Below, piece by piece: positions 49,678-58,460 of a stretch of 64,000 nt of DNA; position 1 is the stretch's first letter, and each line of letters starts with the position of its first letter. Position numbers and translations under genes: made by a program. The stretch covers positions 235,446 through 299,445 of the forward strand of contig JBKBPM010000001.1 in assembly GCA_046293175.1 (NCBI GenBank), given 5' to 3'. The DNA comes from Minisyncoccia bacterium (GTDB taxonomy: Bacteria; Patescibacteriota; Minisyncoccia; Phycocordibacterales; UBA918). The notes under the pieces are model-generated. The model was given only the letters and a program-made list of their open reading frames with translations. It was not told the DNA's origin and searched no databases.

Positions 49678-50685
49678 TTATAGCGATTTCTCGGCTTCTC
49701 TAAAGGCCTTCTGCACACTCTTTGTGAGTGCGAGCACGTCACTAAAGCGATCTTCATAGGTTGAACCAAGTACCGTGATGATAACCGGTCGGTTGTACCC
49801 AGCGTCAAATGCGATGGTGAGATTCCCTTGTGCTAGGTCGGTGTAGCCAGTTTTTGAACCAATGAGCCCGGGAATAGCAAAAATATCTGGGTTGGTGTTT
49901 TCAGCTTCATGATATGTACCATCGATGGCCACAATTCGGTCGTACGCTTTGGTTGTGGGTGCAAGAATATCTGGGTAGTTACGAAGGATGTAGCTCATGA
50001 GGAACGTCACGTCTCGCGCACTTCCGTAAGCGCCCGCTTCTGTAGGTGATATATCAAGCCCGGTAGCGTTGTAAAACGTAAATGATTCAAGTTCGAGCTC
50101 TTCGGCAGTGATGTTCATTGCTTCGACAAAGGCTCGTCCACCTTCGTTCTCGACTAGTATGTTCCCTACCCCATTGGCGAGCGTGTACGCCGCATCATTA
50201 GAGGAAGCGAGCATGGCGTAGTCGCGGAGTTCTTTGGCGATAAGTGTTTCGCCTGCCCGTAGCCCACTAGCACTTGCCTGGGTGGTGGCGCGTTCGGGGA
50301 CGCGCAGATGCGTATCATCAGTCACGAGCTCCCTGGCAACGAGTGCGGTCATAAGCTTCGTGATAGAGGCAAGTGGGAGGCTTTCGTCGGCGTTTTTGTT
50401 ATAGAGGGCGCGATTGCCAACCACATCATAGACGTAGACAGCGTGCGCTTGTAGTGGTGGCGGTGTGATCTCTGGTATGATCGGTATTTCGTCAGCGGTG
50501 GCAGTCATCGCAGCCATATTGTTGCTTGGTGACCCTGGTTTATCGTTGAAGATATACGGTACAACTACGCCACCGAGGAGTCCGCCAAGAACTGCCATAA
50601 GGACGAGAAATTGGGCTAACGCTGGAAAACGTCGCTCTTGTTTATAAGGAGTAGTTGCAACATCAATGAATTCGCCGTCACTCAT
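49678..50685 (-). CDS. D-Ala-D-Ala carboxypeptidase (S11)
   Basis: ASITK, SSN, SKTG motifs; N-terminal TM. Confidence 0.92.
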   Translation of the reverse strand: MSDGEFIDVATTPYKQERRFPALAQFLVLMAVLGGLLGGVVVPYIFNDKPGSPSNNMAAMTATADEIPIIPEITPPPLQAHAVYVYDVVGNRALYNKNADESLPLASITKLMTALVARELVTDDTHLRVPERATTQASASGLRAGETLIAKELRDYAMLASSNDAAYTLANGVGNILVENEGGRAFVEAMNITAEELELESFTFYNATGLDISPTEAGAYGSARDVTFLMSYILRNYPDILAPTTKAYDRIVAIDGTYHEAENTNPDIFAIPGLIGSKTGYTDLAQGNLTIAFDAGYNRPVIITVLGSTYEDRFSDVLALTKSVQKAFREAEKSL

Positions 50686-51272
50686 AGGCTCTCTTTAACT
50701 ATCGCTTCGTCCGTCTCGTCGATATCATCAGCAACACTATCATTTTCGGCTGCATGTTCAGCGGTGAAAGTCTCAAGGGCATCAGTAATACGTGCGAAAT
50801 CGGTAAGAGCTTCCTTCCGGTCGACGCCGAGGTGAGCGAGGAGGCTCGGGGTCGCTTTAAAGAGGTAGCCACTACCCTGCTTTTCGCCACGTTCAATAAG
50901 TCCGCGAATGAGGAGGTTACGAAGAATGAATGATGAGTTTACACCTCGGATTTTGTCTATATCACTGCGGGAAATTGGACCACGATAGAGAATGATGGCG
51001 AGCGTTTCCGCTCCAGCTTTACCGATATCGCTTTTGATATCTTGTTTGCGTAGTTCTTCAATAAAAGGTGCAAGGATTGGTGCGGTCACGAGTTCAATGT
51101 CAGTATCAGTTTCAAGGAGGCGGGTGGCACCGGCTTCGAGACGGCCCCGGAGTGTATCTAGGGTGGTACGGAGGTCTTCGTCGGATACACCAAACTGCTT
51201 CGCGAGCTGCGCTTTTTTGAGCGGTTGCGACTTATAGAAAAGCAGTCCTTCGATGAGGATATCGAGTGGCAT
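50682..51272 (-). CDS. scpB: SMC-Scp subunit ScpB
   Basis: ETLAIILYRGPISR..IDKIRGVNS. Confidence 0.95.
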   Translation of the reverse strand: MPLDILIEGLLFYKSQPLKKAQLAKQFGVSDEDLRTTLDTLRGRLEAGATRLLETDTDIELVTAPILAPFIEELRKQDIKSDIGKAGAETLAIILYRGPISRSDIDKIRGVNSSFILRNLLIRGLIERGEKQGSGYLFKATPSLLAHLGVDRKEALTDFARITDALETFTAEHAAENDSVADDIDETDEAIVKESL

Positions 51273-51443
51273 ATGTCCTACCAGTGTAGCACAAAACCGG
51301 CACGAAAAAACCTTGTTTTTTCGTGCCGGTTTGTTGACAACCTCACCACCTTCTGGCCTAGCTTGACTTTATAGCAGAAGTATGCTATTGTAGTACATAC
51401 CTGCAAGCAATTCCGCTTTGTTAGGTAGATGGAGGTTCTCATC

Positions 51444-51566
51444 ATGTTCTTCGACCCCGGTGGGCATTCGCCCATGCTGAGCAATGGCTATTCCGACTTC
51501 GGCGCGCTGGGCGACATCGACCCGGGCTCCGGCGGCAACACGCCGGCCATTGTTTCGCTGACCTGA
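51444..51566 (+). CDS. Putative 40-aa Gly/Asp/Pro-rich peptide
   Basis: TTGACT-N17-TATTGT promoter, GGAGGT SD, downstream hairpins and terminator. Confidence 0.5.
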   Translation: MFFDPGGHSPMLSNGYSDFGALGDIDPGSGGNTPAIVSLT

Positions 51567-51898
51567 TCAGGTCAGGCCTCCGACCTCTTGGAGAATTGCG
51601 TTCAGCAGACAACTGATCCGCAATAATCCAAGAACGTCGTAGCTTGAAGGGCTTAACCCTTTCCCCTCGTTTGCTTGCAGACGGGGGGTTTTTAACTTTT
51701 AAGTAAACATAGTTTGTACGAGGTCTCGCCTCGTACTTGGAAAAGTGTGTTGAAATTTTATCCCCAGACCTTGCCTCGGGAATTTTTATTCACAGATAAG
51801 CAAAACCTTTCTATCATATATGATAGAAAGGTTTTGGAATCAGTTTCTTCTGTTTCATTTTCTCTATTCAAACTTTGATATTCCGTCTTCACTATTCA

Positions 51899-52639
51899 CT
51901 AGTAATACCGCGGGGTTCCCTCTTTCTCGAGTTCAATTTCAATATCATCAAACCGTCCGAGCTGCTTCACGAGCACATTCCCCTGCTTCACGAGTTCAAG
52001 AATCGCCAAAAATCCCACAATCACCGTCTTATGTTCTGTTGCCTCTTTGCGGATATCGGAGAACTTGGCCTTTAGCTGTGTTTCAATGCGGCGCTGGAGG
52101 CTTGCCATCATGTCTTCAAGACTGATTGAGGCTTTGACCTGTACCTTCGGCTTCACTTCCTTCTTTGGGAGATTCTGAAGGACATTCCACATCGCGGTAT
52201 GGAGTTCCCCGATGGTGCACCAGGTATCGGGTATAAAAAGCGGATTCTTTGGAGCCACAAACCGGCGACTATACATAATCTGTTTCCCGAACTGAGCGGC
52301 GAGCACCTGCCCGGCATCACGGTAGATTTGGTATTGGCGCAGCCGTTCCTCAAGGTCATCGATGGTTGCCTCTTCTTCTTTAGTGAGTTCAAGGACCGGC
52401 AGCAAGGACTTTGATTTGATAAGGAGGAGAGTGGCCGCCAGCCCAATAAACTGGGCGGTATTAGGGAGTGATTTCTCCTGCATCTCACTCACGCGACGAA
52501 TATACTCGTCGGTGACTTCCGCCAAGGAGATATCGTTGATGAGGAGCTTTCGCTTTTCACACAGCTCAATCAGGAGTTCGAGTGGTCCCTCAAACACGTG
52601 TGTCTTGATCGAAAAATCGAGTGTGCCACCAATTGCCAT
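51899..52639 (-). CDS. scpA: SMC-Scp kleisin ScpA
   Basis: FEGPLELL, LLLIKSKSLLP, FLAILEL. Confidence 0.95.
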   Translation of the reverse strand: MAIGGTLDFSIKTHVFEGPLELLIELCEKRKLLINDISLAEVTDEYIRRVSEMQEKSLPNTAQFIGLAATLLLIKSKSLLPVLELTKEEEATIDDLEERLRQYQIYRDAGQVLAAQFGKQIMYSRRFVAPKNPLFIPDTWCTIGELHTAMWNVLQNLPKKEVKPKVQVKASISLEDMMASLQRRIETQLKAKFSDIRKEATEHKTVIVGFLAILELVKQGNVLVKQLGRFDDIEIELEKEGTPRYY

Positions 52640-52688
52640 GCTTCTAGTCTAGCATATTTACTCACTGTCGTGACGGATTGTTTCTTTA

Positions 52689-53918
52689 CTAAATTACAAA
52701 TTGACCCTTCTTATAAATCACTTTACTCGTGCCATCTTCAAGGGTGGCGGTTACGGTGCGGTCAGTCGTTGAGACGATGTCGTGGTGCACCACTGACTCA
52801 TTGTAGCCAAGCTTGTCCCAAGCGGCTGCATTCTTGGGCGTGGGTCCTTTATAACACTCATGGAATGAGGTGCCGAGCGCCACATGTGTGTTTCCAAATT
52901 CCCCGCCGGTATTTTCGTCGTAAAGCGTGTCGGCCATGAACCTTGTAATCCGGGAGAGGCGTTTATCAGTTAGCGAAACTTCCCCGAGGTGGTTTCCGCC
53001 TGTGGTTTCAATAATTTGCCGAAGGAGTTTGTGATTCTTCGTGGCTTTAGACTTTACCACTACCCCTTTTTCAAACCACAATTCGATCCCCTCTATCATA
53101 TTTCCAAAAACATAGAGTGGTTGATTGAACCGAATCCAACCGTCAACCTCGCGCCAATTCGGTGAAGTAAAGACTTCAAAAGACGGGATATTGTTCCCTC
53201 CCCCCGCAAGCCAAACGCGATTACTCCCGAGACCAACGGTCATATCTACATCCTCACCAAGCCAGTGGAGACATTGTATCTTCATATCGGTAAGTCGTTT
53301 TGCGACACCCTGCACGGTATCATTTATCTTGAACCATTCCTTGGTCGGATTCTTGGTATCGAGGTAGCAAGCATTAATGATCTGCTGCCAGTAAGCCTTG
53401 AGACTCATGCCAGCTTCCTTTGCCATCGCCTCAGTCCCGTAGAGAGCGAGGGTCCAGTAGAGTTTATCGTCTTCAATTTTCTTCCACTTGTAGTCGATAC
53501 TTTTCTTTTGGGCACGACGACGTTCAAGGATTTGTTTAGCTGGTATTTTCTTTAGTCCATGCGGCAAGGTATCAGCAAAGATGCGGATAACACAGTCTGC
53601 TTGATCCACCACACCTTTCTTCGCCAGGTACGGATCAAAGGCACGTTGCAGAGGCGAGGCATGCTCATAGAAGTTACTTTCGAAGTTGTACGTCTCATCA
53701 CTACTGGGTAGGTATTCACCAAGCGGATGAAATCCATGTTTGAGGATCGCTCGTTCGAGGTAGAAGTACAGCGGGCGTGCGGCCTCAGGCACGATAAAGT
53801 GCACCACTGCCCCAGGCTTTGGTGCTTCTCCTTTACGGTTTTGGAGTCCAAATTCGACAATGAGATTAGCGTACTTTTCAAGTATAGCAGCTGGCGGGGT
53901 GTAGGATGGTTTGAACAT
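52689..53918 (-). CDS. M29 aminopeptidase (AmpS/AmpT)
   Basis: NIPSFEVFTSP, GEVSL, LYDEN, HVALG, SVVHHD. Confidence 0.92.
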   Translation of the reverse strand: MFKPSYTPPAAILEKYANLIVEFGLQNRKGEAPKPGAVVHFIVPEAARPLYFYLERAILKHGFHPLGEYLPSSDETYNFESNFYEHASPLQRAFDPYLAKKGVVDQADCVIRIFADTLPHGLKKIPAKQILERRRAQKKSIDYKWKKIEDDKLYWTLALYGTEAMAKEAGMSLKAYWQQIINACYLDTKNPTKEWFKINDTVQGVAKRLTDMKIQCLHWLGEDVDMTVGLGSNRVWLAGGGNNIPSFEVFTSPNWREVDGWIRFNQPLYVFGNMIEGIELWFEKGVVVKSKATKNHKLLRQIIETTGGNHLGEVSLTDKRLSRITRFMADTLYDENTGGEFGNTHVALGTSFHECYKGPTPKNAAAWDKLGYNESVVHHDIVSTTDRTVTATLEDGTSKVIYKKGQFVI

Positions 53919-54062
53919 ATAGATAGCAGTATAGCAACTACATATCTCCCTGCAATATATCTCGCCATACCCCAATTGATTGGGGTATTGAGCATATTTA
54001 GTATAGATATACATAAACAAATACCCCATTTAAATGGAGTATTTTGTTTGTTGCTGTGAGGA

Positions 54063-55424
54063 CTATATATCGGCTTCGTCGCTCTGCGTTGAGCTCGTAA
54101 ATACATCAATACGATTGATGTCGCGTGGGAAGAGGGTGGCTTCCTTCACGTTATCAAGGCCGCAGAACTTTTGAGTCAGACGTTCGAGCCCCATTCCCCA
54201 TCCACCGTGTGGTGGAATACCAAAGCGGAAGGCCTGCAGGTAGAAGTGGAACTTATCTGGATCAAGCCCTTTCATCTTGATACGTTCAATAAGGTTCTTG
54301 TAGTCGTGGACACGCTGACCACCAGTGGTGATTTCAACTCCCCGGAAGAGGAGGTCAAAACTCTTCGTGAAGCCGGGATCGGCCTCATCTTCGTACGTAT
54401 AGAATGGACGTTTTGAAACTGGGTAGTGTGTGATAAAAATGTAGTCACTACCAAGCTCTTTGTTGGCATACTCACAGAGCCAGCGTTCATCTTCAGGTTC
54501 GAGATCCGGCTCACTTGTCTTATCTACGCCGGTCTTTTCCTTGATGAGTGCTTGTGCCTCGCGAAGCTTCATAAATGGAAATATCTCCCCTTCGGTTGGT
54601 ACTTTTGGAAGTTCAATACCGAGGGTGGCGAATTCAGGTGCACAGGTTGCCTCTAAGTGTGCCCGCAGGTGTCGCATGAGACCAGTGAGGATCTTCATGA
54701 GGTCGTGGTGGTCTTCAATGAACCCAACCTCGGCATCGAGTGATGTATATTCACTGAGGTGACGGGTGGTCGCACTTTTCTCAGCGCGGAAGGCAGTTGC
54801 AAAGGTAAATACTCGTTCGAGAGCGCCGACGAGAATCTGCTTGTAGAACTGGGGACTTGAAGCGAGGTAGGCGGTCGTCTCACGAAAGTACGGTACCTTA
54901 AACACCGCTGCCCCACCCTCGGCGTCGCCACCGACGAGCTTTGGGGCCTGAAATTCGGTAAAGTCTTGGCTGCGAAGAAACTCTGCGTACCCACGAGTGA
55001 TTTCACTTTGGATCTTAAAGATAGCGCGGTCACGCTTACTCTTTAGGGTTAACGGTCGATTATCAAGACGAACTTCAAGCCCATACTCACTATCAAGTTC
55101 AAGTGGTAATGATTCTGCTTTATTGAGAATGTTAATAGCGGTAATCTCGAGTTCGATATCACCATTTTGTACCTTCTTATTTACCATCTTCTCTGGACGC
55201 TCGTTTACGATGCCCATTACCATAACGGCTGATTCGTTACTCGCTTCTTTGGCAACCTCAAGCACTTCAGGTTTACCAAAGACTACTCCCTGGACGATGC
55301 CGGTGTGGTCACGAAAATCAAAGAAGGCCATTTTGCCTTGATCACGACGAACATCGACAATCGCTTTGATGGTTACGGTTTCGCCGATGTGGGTATTCAG
55401 TTCATTAATTAAGGTTCTCGTCAT
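54063..55424 (-). CDS. aspS: Aspartate--tRNA(Asp/Asn) ligase, short non-discriminating type
   Basis: OB fold, SPQFYKQ, FRAE, GGQR, PPHGG.GMGLER, FPRD; 453 aa with no GAD domain. Confidence 0.92.
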   Translation of the reverse strand: MTRTLINELNTHIGETVTIKAIVDVRRDQGKMAFFDFRDHTGIVQGVVFGKPEVLEVAKEASNESAVMVMGIVNERPEKMVNKKVQNGDIELEITAINILNKAESLPLELDSEYGLEVRLDNRPLTLKSKRDRAIFKIQSEITRGYAEFLRSQDFTEFQAPKLVGGDAEGGAAVFKVPYFRETTAYLASSPQFYKQILVGALERVFTFATAFRAEKSATTRHLSEYTSLDAEVGFIEDHHDLMKILTGLMRHLRAHLEATCAPEFATLGIELPKVPTEGEIFPFMKLREAQALIKEKTGVDKTSEPDLEPEDERWLCEYANKELGSDYIFITHYPVSKRPFYTYEDEADPGFTKSFDLLFRGVEITTGGQRVHDYKNLIERIKMKGLDPDKFHFYLQAFRFGIPPHGGWGMGLERLTQKFCGLDNVKEATLFPRDINRIDVFTSSTQSDEADI

Positions 55425-55444
55425 ATAGTTTTGAGTTACGGAGA

Positions 55445-55598
55445 AACGAAAAATCGTCCCTCCACAAATATTAGTTAATTAATACTTGTGCAGGGGCGAT
55501 TACAATAGTAAGTATTGTATGTTCGCGGTGCCACCCTACTTTGGTCTCTTTACTACCCTCTATAACCTCGGTGGGTGTCAGCCACGTCATCAGTTTTT
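55445..55598 (-). promoter_or_regulatory. T-box riboswitch (Asp specifier GAC) with ultrashort Stem I and terminator
   Basis: AGGG-UGGCACC-GCGA...UCGC-CCCU antiterminator, overlapping terminator 55452-55501, K-turn stem with CUGACAC loop. Confidence 0.88.
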
Positions 55599-55625
55599 CT
55601 TATTTTGCCAGAATGTATGCGAATG

Positions 55626-55907
55626 TCAATTTTTGAACGGAGCAACCCTAATGATCTGTTCATCTTCATTAAAACTGATCACTATTCCTGGATGAGTTAA
55701 ATCTTCGACGATAGTGTTATATGTCGGGGTGGTAATCGGGTCGTCTTCATGCATTATAATAAGCAGACTGTGGTTGTATTCCGTAACGGCAAAGTTGTAT
55801 CCATTGTTTCCAAGTGCATAGGTGATTTTTTTGGCAGTTTCCACCACAGGCTTAAGTACGCCACTATCCTCAAAATCAGCAATCGTTGGTTTTGGTATCT
55901 TCTCCAT
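55626..55907 (-). CDS. Hypothetical protein
   Basis: ORF abutting the trpS stop. Confidence 0.55.
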   Translation of the reverse strand: MEKIPKPTIADFEDSGVLKPVVETAKKITYALGNNGYNFAVTEYNHSLLIIMHEDDPITTPTYNTIVEDLTHPGIVISFNEDEQIIRVAPFKN

Positions 55908-55909
55908 AA

Positions 55910-56851
55910 TTACAAAGTAATCCCAATCGCTTGACGGACACGAGCAAGAACAGGACCGGATACCTCTTTTGCTCGCGCTACCCCATCGGCGAGGACGGCG
56001 CGCACATCAGCATCAGTAATCTGATTGCGACGCTCACGCATTGGTGCGAGATGAGCGTCGATATCCTCAGCCAGAGCTTCTTTGAGGTTCTTGTACTTAC
56101 CTTGGTTTGCTTCGTAGAGTGGCGCCAGTTCAGCTTCAGCTTTGAAGAGTTTGTGGATAGCATAGACATGCTCTGGTCGTTCTCCACTACTATCGGTCAC
56201 AATACTCATCACTGCCTTCTGGATTTCTTCACGAGTACCAAAGAGCGGAATGGTGTTCTTGTAGCTCTTACTCATTTTGGTGCCGTCTGTACCACGTACA
56301 ATCCCTACCGCATCAAGAATCAGTGTCTCAGGTTCTTTGAGAAGCTTGGTGTTGTATGACTGATTGACCTTACGCACTGCTTCGCGGGTATACTCGAGGT
56401 GCTGGCGTTGGTCCTCTCCAACCGGCACGACATCTGTATCGTAGAGCGTGATATCAGCCGCTTGGAGCATCGGGTACGTAAAGAGTCCTGCGTTTGGTTC
56501 AATCCCTTTCGCTACCTTGTCCTTATACGCATGACCTTGCATCAAGAACGGCACGGTCACCATACAATCAAACACCCAGCCCAGTTCCATATGGTCTTGG
56601 TTGTCTGATTGGCGAAAGATCACGGCCTTCTTAGGGTCCACACCGGCTGCGAGATAGTCGCGCACTACGTTGTAGATATTCTGGCGCATCACTTCGGGAT
56701 CACGCACAGAGGTGAGCGCATGGTAGTCCGCCACCATGAGGAAGCTCTCATAGTCTTCGTACATATCAACAAAGGGCTTTAAGGCACCAAAGTAGTTCCC
56801 AATGTGTAAGTCACCCGAGGACTGCAGCCCCGTCAAAAGTCGCTTTTTCAT
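55910..56851 (-). CDS. trpS: Tryptophan--tRNA ligase
   Basis: HIGN, YPMLQAADI, VPVGEDQ, KMSKS. Confidence 0.97.
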   Translation of the reverse strand: MKKRLLTGLQSSGDLHIGNYFGALKPFVDMYEDYESFLMVADYHALTSVRDPEVMRQNIYNVVRDYLAAGVDPKKAVIFRQSDNQDHMELGWVFDCMVTVPFLMQGHAYKDKVAKGIEPNAGLFTYPMLQAADITLYDTDVVPVGEDQRQHLEYTREAVRKVNQSYNTKLLKEPETLILDAVGIVRGTDGTKMSKSYKNTIPLFGTREEIQKAVMSIVTDSSGERPEHVYAIHKLFKAEAELAPLYEANQGKYKNLKEALAEDIDAHLAPMRERRNQITDADVRAVLADGVARAKEVSGPVLARVRQAIGITL

Positions 56852-56858
56852 ATGCGCA

Positions 56859-57101
56859 CTATATCATACGAATTTGCCCCAAAAAAGTCTCCTTGCATTT
56901 AACAAGCCCCAGTCTCACCGAAGAGTCTGGGGCGTTGTCGGAAGACTGCTTAACCTTTGGTATAAGGTCACCATGTTTGCTGGGTACGGATTCCGAAGTC
57001 GAATCCGTCGTCACTGTCGCGCGCTCAGTCCTCTTCTTCTCGGCGCTTTGTGTACGGAACTTAGCAAAGATTATAGCGAACATCTTACGAAACCTGAACA
57101 T
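56859..57101 (-). CDS. Hypothetical protein
   Basis: ORF with an AGGA SD-like sequence. Confidence 0.35.
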   Translation of the reverse strand: MFRFRKMFAIIFAKFRTQSAEKKRTERATVTTDSTSESVPSKHGDLIPKVKQSSDNAPDSSVRLGLVKCKETFLGQIRMI

Positions 57102-57150
57102 GGCATCCCTTCCTGTACGGTGAATGTTATGAACAAATATGTATCATTTT

Positions 57151-57613
57151 TTAATTATTGTCAACCTCACTCTTAATTAGAATTTTTGTTTCTGTGTCTC
57201 GCAACGCTTGATTTATCTGATCAACGGTCAACTCCATATACGATAAATCAGGGTCGGTATAGTGACGTCCAGTTCGTATCAATCCGTCCATTAATTCCAA
57301 TACAATCACTTGCGGAGTCCGATACATTTTTCCTGTTTCTGGATCAGGGTAACTTTCAATCATCTCAATCATTACTACATTATCTCCCTCAGCAATGTTG
57401 CGAATATCATATTGTCTGCCTTTGATAGGATAAACCTCATCAAGTTCACCGTGCACATCGTCTCCAGTTTTTTGGGAAAAGCTCATCTTTTGACTTATAC
57501 ACCCAGGTCATTCGGTAGTCCTTCGCCATTTTATTAAGTGCGGCGCGAACATCACCATTTGCTTCATCTTGTAAGATATGGAGGATAGTTTGTATATTTT
57601 GTGAATGTGTCAT
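57151..57613 (-). pseudogene. SnoaL/NTF2-like protein split by a frameshift
   Basis: MTHSQNIQT...DELFPK joins TGDDVH...GRHYTDP across an A6 run near 57468-57473. Confidence 0.75.
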
Positions 57614-57697
57614 ATTAAGAGTCATTATTTCATTTTCAAGACATAAAAGAAAGAGGCACCCATTGTAAGGGTGCCTCGAAGATCGCACGAGGCGACG

Positions 57698-58372
57698 TTA
57701 TGCGGCGCGAACGCCGCGAGCGAAGTCGAGCAGCGAGCCGCTGTTGTTGTGGCGATACCAGACCTCGGTCGAGATCATGCTCGAAGCCAGGAACTCCTGC
57801 TGGAAGTCGGCCCAGGCAGTGTAGACGCGGGCGAACTCGGCCTTGAAGTTCAAGGCGCGGTTCTCCTCCAGTTCGACGTTCAGCTTGCCGACCACGGCCG
57901 CCGGCGTCGAGTTCTGGATGCAGGTCTTCAGGTCCTTGGTCAGGCAGACGAGCTTCGCCAACGTCGCAGTATGATGATGAAGCGTCGCGACGAACCCGGA
58001 CTTCTGCATGATTGCGGCGATGTTGTTCCAGGCCGATTCGGACCGGTGCAGGCCGGCGGCGCGCATTTCGCGACCGAAAGCCAGCAGATCCATCGTCTTC
58101 ATCGGCGGCAGATCGACATACTTCTCGGTGTCCATCTGGATCGACAGAGTGTCGATGGCGCGTTGCATGCCAGCCAGGTGTTCGAGGGACTCGTCGAGGT
58201 GCGTCTAGATCGGCACGATGTCGCCGATCTTGCCGTCGAGTTCGGCCAGGATCAGGTCTTCGAGTGCGACGTTCGCCAGTTCAAGGCCGATCTGGGCCAA
58301 GCTCATGGAGCGGGACATCAGGGTCGAGTTCTGGAGATAGCGGCCGCGCGGCTGATGGTTCTTGCCACCCAT
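57698..58372 (-). pseudogene. High-GC orphan ORF with one in-frame TAG
   Basis: 225-codon frame from ATG 58372 with TAG at 58205-58207. Confidence 0.6.
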
Positions 58373-58460
58373 TGGTGTCATCCTTCTGTAAAAAAGTTGT
58401 GAACGGGGTCTACCCGTGAAAATATAGCATGCATTTGCAAGCTGTTAAGCAGGTAATTTT

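Noticed and set aside
51716-51736. REP-like hairpin gtacgagg-tctcg-cctcgtac
   Set aside because: Single copy in the window and no REP-associated transposase; insufficient support.
53957-54040. Two related hairpins (ataccccaat/attggggtat and ataccccatt/aatggagtat)
   Set aside because: Adequately explained as terminators downstream of aspS.
56851-56880. T-box upstream of trpS, cysS or gltX
   Set aside because: No UGGNACC antiterminator motif and no room for a leader.
57671-58402. 243-aa plus-strand ORF
   Set aside because: Shadow frame of the GC-rich minus-strand gene, which has the SD and the protein-like composition.
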